From a virus (taxonomy: Duplodnaviria; Caudoviricetes), in IMG/VR virus record IMGVR_UViG_3300006092_000356, positions 10,513 through 74,512 of that record: DNA of 64,000 nt; one strand, given 5' to 3'. Within the stretch, counting starts at the first letter, position 1, and every line of letters begins with the position of its first letter. The translations under genes and the position numbers were made by a program. The notes under the pieces were generated by a model. That model did not search any database and was not told where the DNA came from. It was given only the letters and a program-made list of their open reading frames with translations. Shown piece by piece: positions 1-8,190 of this stretch.

Positions 1-115
1 TTTTTTAACCATGTCCCCTTTCACTCTACTATTTTTCGCGTTAACCGGACATCGTAACTCTCTGTTAAGAGTTTGGCGCTATTCTGGTCAAGTCAAAGCA
101 ACGGGAGATGCCCAA

Positions 116-316
116 ATGCTGGTACAGATCGGAAGTCAGATCGAGCGCTGCACGCTTAAGCCGTTTGGTCGCCCCGAGGATTACCCGGAGCGCATGTTGT
201 GGTGCAAGGTGCACAATCGTAGCGGCGCTGTGGTCCGCAAGCTTGTCATTCCTGCCGCCGTTCTGGCGCATCCCGTGACCTTTCGCGCCGTCCGCTATGA
301 GGTGATCGCGTCGTGA
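116..316 (+). CDS. hypothetical protein (66 aa; start moved to ATG 116)
   Basis: GGGAG RBS upstream of ATG 116 within track ORF 11..316. Confidence 0.5.
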   Translation: MLVQIGSQIERCTLKPFGRPEDYPERMLWCKVHNRSGAVVRKLVIPAAVLAHPVTFRAVRYEVIAS

Positions 317-429
317 CCAAGCCCCGACGCCAAGAGTGCGAGTGCGAAAACCTGTTCACTTGCGGGGTTTGTTGCCGAAATGCTCCGCCTTATTTATTCA
401 CACCCTCTAGCAACATGGTGCACGTCATG

Positions 430-445
430 ACCATGCCCGCTAACA
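430..445 (-). promoter_or_regulatory. copy of intergenic motif GGTNNGCGGGCANGGT (1 mismatch)
   Basis: minus strand reads TGT-TA-GCGGGCA-T-GGT. Confidence 0.5.
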
Positions 446-520
446 CTGTCAGCATGCGCCGAGATAGCGCACCAAGACAACCCGTCCATTCACCTCGGCT
501 ATCTGGCCTAACTCTTTAGG

Positions 521-745
521 ATGGCACGTATGATCGAGTACACCGCAGCACAATTGCGCCTTGCAGCTTATAGCTGGCCTGTCAGCGACTTTAAACTTCC
601 AACGGGGCGCGTTGACTGGATAGTCACGTTCCCCTCTGGCTACGGTTACACGTTTGGAATGTGTCGGGTTTCGCTTAGTCCGAATAAGGCGACTAACGGA
701 GGGCGTCTTTATCGTCTGACATTCTCGCACCCATACGACGTTTAA
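521..745 (+). CDS. hypothetical protein
   Basis: ORF track; AGGA directly upstream. Confidence 0.55.
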   Translation: MARMIEYTAAQLRLAAYSWPVSDFKLPTGRVDWIVTFPSGYGYTFGMCRVSLSPNKATNGGRLYRLTFSHPYDV

Positions 746-781
746 CACTTTCCGGAAAAACTTGAAAGAGGACGAGCCAAA

Positions 782-973
782 ATGAGAAAGTTCGCTGTTG
801 TGGTGTATGTGCGTAATCGAGGCGCCATCGGCGTGTTTTCCCCATGGGCCTGCGTTGTGGAAGCGAGCAGCAGGGAAAATGCCCATGTTAAGGCTATCAC
901 ATGGGCGCACTCCTACTCTATGGAAGTGCATTCGGTTTACAACGTGCTAGACCTACCTGATAGCGTAGGCTAG
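782..973 (+). CDS. hypothetical protein
   Basis: ORF track; GAGG RBS upstream. Confidence 0.6.
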   Translation: MRKFAVVVYVRNRGAIGVFSPWACVVEASSRENAHVKAITWAHSYSMEVHSVYNVLDLPDSVG

Positions 974-1154
974 CGCGCATGTCATACCCGCAAGCCCGAG
1001 TGCTTGCGTGTATACGTCACAACGCACACTGTGGCGTTTGTTTCATCCCGTTAGGTAACCAAGGCCTTAAGGGCGCAGGGAGAGCGTGTCATGTGTAAGT
1101 AACGAACTGTTCTAATTTACTTGTGAAAACGCTTTTGTGTATGTGTGTGCGCTG

Positions 1155-1194
1155 CCCTACTCCTCCCTACCCACGGTAGCGGATAGGAGTAGGG
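1155..1194. repeat. 10-bp inverted repeat CCCTACTCCT / AGGAGTAGGG
   Basis: arms 1155-1164 and 1185-1194 are exact reverse complements. Confidence 0.8.
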
Positions 1195-1410
1195 AGCACC
1201 CCTAATAAGAAGGGTTTATTAGTAGTAATATGATACGTTGTTAGTGTGTTGTTAGTCATACTAACTGTATCAGTATACTACATACATTAGTAATGTATTA
1301 ACTAAGTAATCAATATGATATACAACATAATACATATGATATATGTGCATGAATAGTAACGCTTTGTTTATCATACTTGCGAATTTACTACCCTTGCCCG
1401 TTACAACCCC

Positions 1411-1520
1411 TAGGGGACCCAAGGCCACCCCAGGTTGTGGGGCCGCGCGCCGCCCACCACCTGTCTCCTTGTAATTTGAAAAAAAAAAAAAAAAAAATAT
1501 ATAGGGGTAGGGGACCCAAG
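1411..1520 (+). repeat. 13-bp direct repeat TAGGGGACCCAAG flanking a 19-nt poly(A) run
   Basis: copies at 1411-1423 and 1508-1520; A-run 1479-1497. Confidence 0.85.
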
Positions 1521-1530
1521 CCCCTACCCC
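1479..1530 (-). terminator. putative intrinsic terminator of the leftward operon
   Basis: perfect 10-bp stem GGGGTAGGGG-7nt-CCCCTACCCC (1504-1530), followed on the minus strand by TATATA and a long U tract. Confidence 0.6.
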
Positions 1531-1545
1531 AAATCACCGGTCCCT

Positions 1546-1561
1546 TCCACGCCCGCTTACC
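1546..1561 (-). promoter_or_regulatory. copy of motif GGTNNGCGGGCANGGT (2 mismatches)
   Basis: minus strand GGT-AA-GCGGGCG-T-GGA. Confidence 0.45.
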
Positions 1562-1770
1562 TACATTTTATCAGCGTCAACGATGCACGCCCGAAAACCC
1601 AGGTAGTTGTGCGGGGTGTTTACGTACTCATGTAATACCACCTTCCCGTCGCGCTTCTTGCACTCAGCAATCGGGTCGAACACAGGCGCAGACGGGGTTG
1701 CCATGTTAGCGGGCTTGGCTAGCATATAACAAACTACTATGATGAAGGCAAAGACTAGGATTGTACGCAT
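1561..1770 (-). CDS. small membrane-anchored/secreted protein
   Basis: N-terminal hydrophobic stretch MRTILVFAFIIVVCYML. Confidence 0.65.
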   Translation of the reverse strand: MRTILVFAFIIVVCYMLAKPANMATPSAPVFDPIAECKKRDGKVVLHEYVNTPHNYLGFRACIVDADKM

Positions 1771-1774
1771 GATT

Positions 1775-1957
1775 TTACTCCCCGCTGTCCTCTCGTAGAA
1801 GCTCGGCGTACCAAGAAAGCTCTCTAAGCACTTCCGACGTCTTCAAGCCATCAAGGTACTCTTCCCAGGCGACGTCATCAGTGGGACCAAGGGCGTTCTT
1901 ACACCTGTTCCATTCCCACGTTGTTCGCCAAAGCGCGGTCACTTTGTCTATCATCAT
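1775..1957 (-). CDS. hypothetical protein
   Basis: ORF track; tight packing in operon. Confidence 0.6.
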   Translation of the reverse strand: MMIDKVTALWRTTWEWNRCKNALGPTDDVAWEEYLDGLKTSEVLRELSWYAELLREDSGE

Positions 1958-2022
1958 GTTTTGGTTGCCTCTTCTTCTCTAAGTTCATTTCGTAAGATGC
2001 AAAGTTGGGCCGTCCGGTGTGT

Positions 2023-2328
2023 CTACGAGTAGTGGCCTACGAAGTAGTAATCACACTCTACTTGTAGTCCTGTAAGTTTTTCAATTTGGTCGTGTATTGT
2101 TTTATGTCTTGTGCCAACAAAGTTCAGGCGTGTGGGTCCGTCAGAGGTGTCACCGTCAGACCCTACACAGATCGACTTACCGATCATGATGTATTTTCCG
2201 CACATACCATCAATGATGAAATCAAGCTCGGGGTAGTCGTCCTCGTGTTGTTCACAAAGCTCGGCTAGTTTAGCAGAGTACGGAAATTCGGCTCCGTACA
2301 TAACGTACGCCGTATAGTCTACACCCAT
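2023..2328 (-). CDS. hypothetical protein
   Basis: ORF track; GAGG RBS; operon context. Confidence 0.7.
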   Translation of the reverse strand: MGVDYTAYVMYGAEFPYSAKLAELCEQHEDDYPELDFIIDGMCGKYIMIGKSICVGSDGDTSDGPTRLNFVGTRHKTIHDQIEKLTGLQVECDYYFVGHYS

Positions 2329-2333
2329 TTTTG

Positions 2334-2438
2334 TTACCTCTTCGTTTTGTTTCGATCTTTAAACACGTACAACCCAACAATCACCCACATGAAGAAGGCG
2401 AGTAAGTTGAACAGACCTACCATAGTGTCTACTGACAT
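2334..2438 (-). CDS. hydrophobic micro-peptide, 34 aa (MSVDTMVGLFNLLAFFMWVIVGLYVFKDRNKTKR)
   Basis: translated by hand; one TM stretch, basic tail; 1 nt from upstream ORF. Confidence 0.6.
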   Translation of the reverse strand: MSVDTMVGLFNLLAFFMWVIVGLYVFKDRNKTKR

Positions 2439-2439
2439 T

Positions 2440-2517
2440 TTATCCCGCTACCAATACAGTGAGGAGCGTGAGACAGAGCACGCCCAGTAAAATGAGCCCG
2501 GTCTTTAGATTACGCAT
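2440..2517 (-). CDS. hydrophobic micro-peptide, 25 aa (MRNLKTGLILLGVLCLTLLTVLVAG)
   Basis: translated by hand; 1-nt spacing to both neighbours. Confidence 0.55.
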   Translation of the reverse strand: MRNLKTGLILLGVLCLTLLTVLVAG

Positions 2518-2518
2518 G

Positions 2519-2656
2519 TTAGCCACCTATGACTGCGAGGATGAAAAAGACGAACATGATACAAAACAGTACTAGCTGATCTTCGTTTACGGACACATTT
2601 TGCCAGATGAAGTACATGACACCTGCAAAGGCTGTGCCGTAAAGGAATTTTTTCAT
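2519..2656 (-). CDS. two-TM micro-peptide, 45 aa (MKKFLYGTAFAGVMYFIWQNVSVNEDQLVLFCIMFVFFILAVIGG)
   Basis: translated by hand; two hydrophobic segments. Confidence 0.6.
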   Translation of the reverse strand: MKKFLYGTAFAGVMYFIWQNVSVNEDQLVLFCIMFVFFILAVIGG

Positions 2657-2658
2657 GT

Positions 2659-2727
2659 TCATCCGCCGATCACGAACAAAATGATAGCGATCACGATAAG
2701 AATAAAGAAAATATCACCCATGTTCAT
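2659..2727 (-). CDS. hydrophobic micro-peptide, 22 aa (MNMGDIFFILIVIAIILFVIGG)
   Basis: translated by hand; GGAG RBS. Confidence 0.55.
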   Translation of the reverse strand: MNMGDIFFILIVIAIILFVIGG

Positions 2728-2735
2728 CTCCATCC

Positions 2736-2816
2736 TCAGTGTTGCGTGTTTGACCACGCAACCAGGAATAACACTACCACAGACCAAACCGTGACGGCTA
2801 GGATATCTTCTCTCAT
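2736..2816 (-). CDS. hydrophobic micro-peptide, 26 aa (MREDILAVTVWSVVVLFLVAWSNTQH)
   Basis: translated by hand; GAGGT RBS. Confidence 0.55.
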   Translation of the reverse strand: MREDILAVTVWSVVVLFLVAWSNTQH

Positions 2817-2818
2817 GG

Positions 2819-2914
2819 TTACCTCATGTTGCGCATAAAAGTAACAATGAGCACGATGTAGAACACAACGATGCCTACAACGCCACCAGCAATGAATAAC
2901 AGGATAGAGTTCAT
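2819..2914 (-). CDS. hydrophobic micro-peptide, 31 aa (MNSILLFIAGGVVGIVVFYIVLIVTFMRNMR)
   Basis: translated by hand; AGGA RBS. Confidence 0.6.
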   Translation of the reverse strand: MNSILLFIAGGVVGIVVFYIVLIVTFMRNMR

Positions 2915-2933
2915 GTGTTTTTGTCCTACACCG

Positions 2934-3935
2934 TTAGGTGTTCTTGTCCAGCCAATACCGCTGCGAGATATACTTCAACGACACACGCCCGATATCAGGG
3001 TGGAGACGTTCCTCGACAGGCGTGATCACTACGCCTTCGCTCATATGTCCAAGCGGAGCGGTTGGAACTAAGCTGTTCCACTCCGCAATTTTTTCAATAG
3101 TGTCCTTGGAGTACGGCCCCATCATAAAAATAGGGACGCACGGCAACGTAAGCTCGTCAATCACGTTGAACCACTCGCCAGTGCGACAGTCAAACTGTGC
3201 GAAAGCTGCGAACTTGGGTTCGGTTAAGCCGTATTTCAGGGCCTGGACAGGCCCGTAAATCTCACCGTAGAGAACGTTGTCAGGGTGATCTTTACAGAAC
3301 TCTACGATCTCAGGGTTCTCACGTAAAACCCTAGTCCAGATGTTGTTGCTGTCAGGCTTGAGCCAGCGGTTGCGCGAGCCGACGAACATCTTCCCGTTGT
3401 GCCACATGTAACGGGCGTTTGCTCCGTCGATCTTCTCAGTAACGTACACCAGTTCGCCGGGTTGAATGATGTCCGGGTAGCGCTGAATGTTCTCAAGATC
3501 GAACTTGGGGGACGGGACTGAAGGGTGATCGCACGCGGGTAACTCCTGCGCGTCCCCGAAGGACACGTTGCCAGGACGGACAGGCGGAACATAGCGGGTG
3601 ATGCCTAGGTCAGTCATGACGTTGGTACCGACAGGCAGCGTCGCCAGCGAAGGCGGGCAAGGGATAAGGAGACCGAACGACAAAGCGCCACGGAGCTTCA
3701 CCGCCTTGAGGCGGTGAGGCTTACCTTCACCCTTCTTGTCGAGGAAGGCGAACTCTGGCCACGTCGTGTCGACAACGTAGTCCGGCTCGATATAAACAGC
3801 CTTGTCGCCGACCTTGAACTGATCGGCGCCAACCACACACTGCCACCCGCCGACGTTCACGACGGCGAGGCGATCAGCGTTGACGTGCTTGCTGATGTTG
3901 TCGATCTCAACAATGTTTACAGCGTGCGTGCTCAT
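2934..3935 (-). CDS. RNA ligase, DRB0094 family (Rnl2-like)
   Basis: N-terminal OB-like NADRL...GWQCVV...FKVGD.AVYIEPD; motifs TEKIDGAN, YGEIYG, SEGVVI, LKYIS. Confidence 0.9.
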   Translation of the reverse strand: MSTHAVNIVEIDNISKHVNADRLAVVNVGGWQCVVGADQFKVGDKAVYIEPDYVVDTTWPEFAFLDKKGEGKPHRLKAVKLRGALSFGLLIPCPPSLATLPVGTNVMTDLGITRYVPPVRPGNVSFGDAQELPACDHPSVPSPKFDLENIQRYPDIIQPGELVYVTEKIDGANARYMWHNGKMFVGSRNRWLKPDSNNIWTRVLRENPEIVEFCKDHPDNVLYGEIYGPVQALKYGLTEPKFAAFAQFDCRTGEWFNVIDELTLPCVPIFMMGPYSKDTIEKIAEWNSLVPTAPLGHMSEGVVITPVEERLHPDIGRVSLKYISQRYWLDKNT

Positions 3936-3939
3936 GTTT

Positions 3940-4500
3940 TTATCCCTTACAAAACTCTTCGATGTCCTGGCGCGTTTTCACCAGTGTAAAGGTCTCAGCC
4001 AAATATCCGCCACAAGACTCTAACCCGGTAGGTGCGTCGACACTGACGACGTACACGTACTGAGGGTTTTTGTTAAGATAGTATGCCTGCACATCATCTT
4101 CGTCATCAATGATGCTTTCCATGTTCTCGGTAAACTTGCCACTTGCATCCCCACGGTGCCAATCAGTGTAAACGACAACGAAGAGACGGTCTTTGTTCTT
4201 TATGCGAACAATGTCACCAATGTTGAACGGCGCCACGTCACTCATACCTGTTACCGCGTCGGCATCTACAAACTTGCTTGCTTCCCACAGCCCGTCCGTG
4301 CAAAAAGTGTTGTCTTTGTTCAACCATACGATGTGAAAGTAGTCGTCTCCGGTGAATGGAAAATGCGCGATGATTTTACCAGGGTTATCGTCTCTTGTAG
4401 CGACGACAACAGCGACAGAGTTGTGTTTATCCCCATAAAACGCGGCTGTAGCGGAGTTCTTGAATTTGACAAAGTCGCCGGGCTTGAAGTTGTGTGTCAT
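3940..4500 (-). CDS. hypothetical protein with two SH3/KOW-like repeats; paralogue of 4502..5053
   Basis: FKPGDFV and FNIGDIV repeats; shared VVVYTDW and P.YVYVV....G.ESC. Confidence 0.75.
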   Translation of the reverse strand: MTHNFKPGDFVKFKNSATAAFYGDKHNSVAVVVATRDDNPGKIIAHFPFTGDDYFHIVWLNKDNTFCTDGLWEASKFVDADAVTGMSDVAPFNIGDIVRIKNKDRLFVVVYTDWHRGDASGKFTENMESIIDDEDDVQAYYLNKNPQYVYVVSVDAPTGLESCGGYLAETFTLVKTRQDIEEFCKG

Positions 4501-4501
4501 G

Positions 4502-5053
4502 TTACTCTTCCAACTTGTTGATAAGTTCTTCTCTAGTATTCACATGCTTTAGATCATCCGGGAATACTCCAAAACACGATTCACTGCCCCTACTTGGGTT
4601 AAGACATACGACATAGATATATTCTGGATATTTTGTGTATTTTCTTTCCTGTTCGTCGGACAGGTCATCAACAACCGATGACATTTTTTCTTTGTAGTCA
4701 AGGTCGGCATCTTCACGGTCCCAGTCCGTGTAAACAACAACGTAGTATGCTCCGGGAAAGCCGTGCCGATACTTTACCACGTCTCCAATCTTAAAAAATG
4801 ACGTCTTATGTTGTTTTGCGATGACGAAGTCACAAGCACTATAGCTACCGTTGCTTTGATTTACTGGAACGTTTTCGAGAGCGAGCCAGTGCAAATTAAT
4901 TTCGTCTTCATTGACGGGTTCATTGCTCCTGTAAGGATTGTCCGTTCGCGTTGAAACAACAACAGCAACCGCTTTGTCGGTAACACCGTATCCTCGTGAC
5001 AGGTTCTCAGACTTTAAGCTTACAAAATCACCGGGTTTGAAGGTGTGTGTCAT
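4502..5053 (-). CDS. hypothetical protein with two SH3/KOW-like repeats; paralogue of 3940..4500
   Basis: FKPGDFV and FKIGDVV repeats; VVVYTDW, PEYIYVV...GSESC. Confidence 0.75.
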   Translation of the reverse strand: MTHTFKPGDFVSLKSENLSRGYGVTDKAVAVVVSTRTDNPYRSNEPVNEDEINLHWLALENVPVNQSNGSYSACDFVIAKQHKTSFFKIGDVVKYRHGFPGAYYVVVYTDWDREDADLDYKEKMSSVVDDLSDEQERKYTKYPEYIYVVCLNPSRGSESCFGVFPDDLKHVNTREELINKLEE

Positions 5054-5223
5054 GTTAATTTTCCTTGCTTGTTAAACCGGCGGTGGGAGAGGAAGTGTAC
5101 AACTTCTCCCTCCCCCACCTAGCTACCTATACACTCAGATGAGACGAAGTGTAAGAAAACGCCCCTGCCCCTCATCGCAGGTCTTTCGTAGGGCGTAGTC
5201 TTTGTCGGCGCTGAAAAGACCAT

Positions 5224-5239
5224 ACCCTGCCCGCTTACC
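5224..5239 (-). promoter_or_regulatory. exact copy of motif GGTNNGCGGGCANGGT, inside putative promoter of the leftward operon
   Basis: minus strand TTGCGA-gc-GGGTAAGCGGGCAGGGTATGGTC, collinear with 57928-57958. Confidence 0.65.
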
Positions 5240-5267
5240 CGCTCGCAACTTCCCTCTTTCCACAAGG

Positions 5268-5282
5268 TTAAAAATGTGTTAA
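5268..5282 (+). promoter_or_regulatory. CtrA-like box TTAA-N7-TTAA upstream of portal
   Basis: TTAA-aaatgtg-TTAA, 33 nt before portal ATG. Confidence 0.5.
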
Positions 5283-5315
5283 AGGTTCACAACCTGTTGT
5301 TAAAAGGTTAAAAAC

Positions 5316-6962
5316 ATGGCCCCTCCGTCAATCGGTACTCCCCGTCAGCGCGCGGTTCGTAGTCTTACCTCGTACCCACAGTGGGTCCACCCGGACTACG
5401 CTTACTGGTATGATGAGTGGATGATGATCCGGGATGTATGTGAAGGTGAGAAAGCCGTTAAGGATGCAGGTACTCTTTATCTACCCATGCTTGACGGTAT
5501 GGACAATGACGAGTATGAAGCCTTCAAGACCCGTGCAACCTTCTATAACTTCACGGGGCGTACGGCAAGCGCTATGACTGGTGCCATCTTCCGCCGACAG
5601 GCGCAGTACAACGGTTTTACCGACAAACTGCGTAAAAAGATGGAAGATATGACTAAAGACGGGCGCGCGTTCGACACTTTTGCTATGGAGACGGCGGAGG
5701 AAGTGATTAAGCTGGGGCGTGCTGGTGTATTGATTGACATGCCCGCTGAGTCTACGACTGAGCCCCGTCCGTACATGACGCTCTATACTGCCGAGCAGAT
5801 TTTGGACTGGGAGGAGGCCACAATTAAGGGTAGGCTAGTCCCTGTTAAGATTGTCCTTCGGGAGGTCGAGCTTATCCGCGATCCTAGGCTCCTTGCACCG
5901 AGTTGGGCTCCTGTCTACCGTGTACTGACACTAGAGAGCGGTGTTTATAGACAGCGCATCTATAAAGCAAAGGACCCTTCCAGTATTGTTGAAGTGGCTA
6001 TCTCTGACGAGTACCTGTCAGATACGATAATTCCCCGAGTGCGTGGAAACACCCTTGACTATATTCCATTCCAAATTTTTGGACCGATGTTAGGTACGCT
6101 TGACATCGAAAAGCCTACGATGTTTGATATCGCCAGACTTAATGTTAGCCACTACAACTCGTATGCGGCTCTTGAGCATGGGCGTTTCTACACAGGCTTT
6201 CCTATCTATCACGTCGAGGCCCCAGCAAGCAGTGGTGAAACCGATGCTGAATTTGAGATCGGTTCCGCGCGTGTGTGGGTAACACCATCAGGCGCTAAGC
6301 CCGGTATCCTGGAAATGAACGGACAGGGCTTAAAGTTCTTGGTTGAGGCTCTCGACGTGAAAGAACAACAGGCGGCGTCCCTTGGGGGCCGTATGATGGG
6401 TATTCGCGGTCAGGCTGTGTCTGAAAGCGACAACCAGTTGAAGATCAGTGAGCGGAACGAGCAGTCTGTCCTTCTTAAGATTACTATGAATCTGGACAAG
6501 GGGTTTACCAAGCTATTACGTTGGTGGGCGTCCATGCTTGACACCGCGCAGACTTCCACCGATAAGATAGGGATTGAATTCAATAAAGACTTCTTGTTCG
6601 ACGGTGTCGGCGCCCGCGAGTTTCGAGCCATCCATGCCATGTACAAGGACGGCGTCATTCCGATTGACATTGTTTATCACTACCTCAGGAAGTCGAGCGT
6701 CATCCCCGACTGGATGAACCTTGATGAGTTCAAGCGTCTACTGAACAGCATGGAGAGCTTCCCGAACAACGCCGACGTTGAAGCCAGGAGCGAAGGGTTC
6801 GCGGACGCGAAGAGTCGCGATGCCGAAGACCTGACCAACGTCGAGCAGGACTTCACGGCAGCGCAGAGCGCGCTTGACCGGAAGGCAACTAAGGAACAGA
6901 CAGCTATTACAGCAAAAGCAAACGCAAACAGACCTAAGCCAACAGGAGCATTCGGACAATAA
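5316..6962 (+). CDS. portal protein (DUF4055 type)
   Basis: 548 aa; HPDY..W.DEW..IRD...GE..VK..G..YLP and RA.FYNFT.RT patterns typical of DUF4055 portals. Confidence 0.85.
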   Translation: MAPPSIGTPRQRAVRSLTSYPQWVHPDYAYWYDEWMMIRDVCEGEKAVKDAGTLYLPMLDGMDNDEYEAFKTRATFYNFTGRTASAMTGAIFRRQAQYNGFTDKLRKKMEDMTKDGRAFDTFAMETAEEVIKLGRAGVLIDMPAESTTEPRPYMTLYTAEQILDWEEATIKGRLVPVKIVLREVELIRDPRLLAPSWAPVYRVLTLESGVYRQRIYKAKDPSSIVEVAISDEYLSDTIIPRVRGNTLDYIPFQIFGPMLGTLDIEKPTMFDIARLNVSHYNSYAALEHGRFYTGFPIYHVEAPASSGETDAEFEIGSARVWVTPSGAKPGILEMNGQGLKFLVEALDVKEQQAASLGGRMMGIRGQAVSESDNQLKISERNEQSVLLKITMNLDKGFTKLLRWWASMLDTAQTSTDKIGIEFNKDFLFDGVGAREFRAIHAMYKDGVIPIDIVYHYLRKSSVIPDWMNLDEFKRLLNSMESFPNNADVEARSEGFADAKSRDAEDLTNVEQDFTAAQSALDRKATKEQTAITAKANANRPKPTGAFGQ

Positions 6963-6963
6963 T

Positions 6964-7245
6964 ATGCACGATTATTTTCCAGAATACTACACACCAACGC
7001 CTCCAACGGCGTTGGTTGTAGTACGTACTCCTGATATACGCGTGTCTATTCAACAGTTTTTTACCGACAAAGGTACTGTTGTTGATCCTACTACCCCTAT
7101 TCCAGTTAAGCATTACGACTATATCTTTTTGACGTTCGAACCTTCCTCTGCTAAAGAACTTGTTTGGTACCATGAACAGCTACGCCCTCTGTTTTCCAAG
7201 GCGTCTTTGGTGTCGGAGTTCGGTAGTGTTAGGGTCCCGTTCTAA
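6964..7245 (+). CDS. hypothetical protein
   Basis: ATG 1 nt after portal stop within track ORF 6874..7245. Confidence 0.55.
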   Translation: MHDYFPEYYTPTPPTALVVVRTPDIRVSIQQFFTDKGTVVDPTTPIPVKHYDYIFLTFEPSSAKELVWYHEQLRPLFSKASLVSEFGSVRVPF

Positions 7246-7328
7246 ACCTGTACGCAATCAGCATTGTCAAAAACCAGACGAGACAGTAGTCCCTGGTTCG
7301 TGTGTTGTTTGTGATTCATGTTGGATTT

Positions 7329-7613
7329 ATGCCACTGGACGCAGGCGCGGAACTTGTGTATACGGTGGTCCTTTCGTATTCAACTTTGTTGTCGGGGGTG
7401 AGAATGGCGTGGAAGGACCCGGCGTTCCAGTTGGGGATGTCAATAACGAAGTCTCTGGAGTTCAACCCGCCGATACATGAGCAGGTTGTCCCTTTACACG
7501 TGCGTATCCAACTTGTCGACACTATGGATAGTGTCGAAGAATTGCGTGCGTTGTGTAAAGATTTGATTGTAGAACGTGAGTCAAAAACCAAAAGAAAAAG
7601 GAAAACAGCATGA
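7329..7613 (+). CDS. hypothetical protein
   Basis: track ORF 7302..7613; start uncertain. Confidence 0.55.
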   Translation: MPLDAGAELVYTVVLSYSTLLSGVRMAWKDPAFQLGMSITKSLEFNPPIHEQVVPLHVRIQLVDTMDSVEELRALCKDLIVERESKTKRKRKTA

Positions 7614-7969
7614 ACGATTTTGACGCGTACCAGGACTTTACCCGCGAAACAGCTATTTTTCCAGACGACGCAGGTATTGCTTACTGCGCTTTGAAACTTA
7701 ACGGAGAAGCAGGCGAAGTTGCTGAAAAGGTTGGAAAGTTTGCTCGCGATAAGGCGCGTGGTATTACCAACAAAGCATATCTTACGCACCCTGACTACGA
7801 CGACTTCGTTGATACGGTTATCTTAGAGCTTGGTGACATTCTTTGGTACATTGCACAGGAAGCTGACCAGTTGGGAGTGCCTTTGTCTACCGTCATCGCA
7901 CGCAACAAGGAGAAGCTACTGTCACGGCGCTCACGTAACGTAATTTCAGGTTCTGGAGATAACCGATGA
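7610..7969 (+). CDS. mazG: MazG-like nucleotide pyrophosphohydrolase
   Basis: LNGEAGEVAEKVGK and ELGDILWY motifs; YQ.F..ETA N-terminus. Confidence 0.85.
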   Translation: MNDFDAYQDFTRETAIFPDDAGIAYCALKLNGEAGEVAEKVGKFARDKARGITNKAYLTHPDYDDFVDTVILELGDILWYIAQEADQLGVPLSTVIARNKEKLLSRRSRNVISGSGDNR

Positions 7970-8073
7970 GTGAAGGAGAGGTCGTACTTATGGCTATCTT
8001 TATCATTCTTTTAGGCACGGTAGTGGCGTACGCGATAGCTGACACGTCCAACGGCGACGAAGACCAAAATTAA
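7966..8073 (+). CDS. hydrophobic micro-peptide, 35 aa (MSEGEVVLMAIFIILLGTVVAYAIADTSNGDEDQN)
   Basis: translated by hand; ATGA overlap with mazG stop. Confidence 0.55.
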   Translation: MSEGEVVLMAIFIILLGTVVAYAIADTSNGDEDQN

Positions 8074-8096
8074 CTAAGGTTTTTGAAGGCGTTTGA

Positions 8097-8186
8097 ATGA
8101 GAGAAACAATCGCGTTATGGTCCTCTCGTGCCGCCGTGGTGGTGGTATTCACAGCCCTGTTTTGGGCGTTCATAGTAGGAGTGTAG
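8097..8186 (+). CDS. hydrophobic micro-peptide, 29 aa (MRETIALWSSRAAVVVVFTALFWAFIVGV)
   Basis: translated by hand; GAAGG upstream. Confidence 0.5.
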   Translation: MRETIALWSSRAAVVVVFTALFWAFIVGV

Positions 8187-8190
8187 AGTT

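Noticed and set aside
1377-1709. Track ORF containing KKKKKK
   Set aside because: It simply reads through the poly(A) and hairpins, has no RBS, and is antisense to a better ORF.
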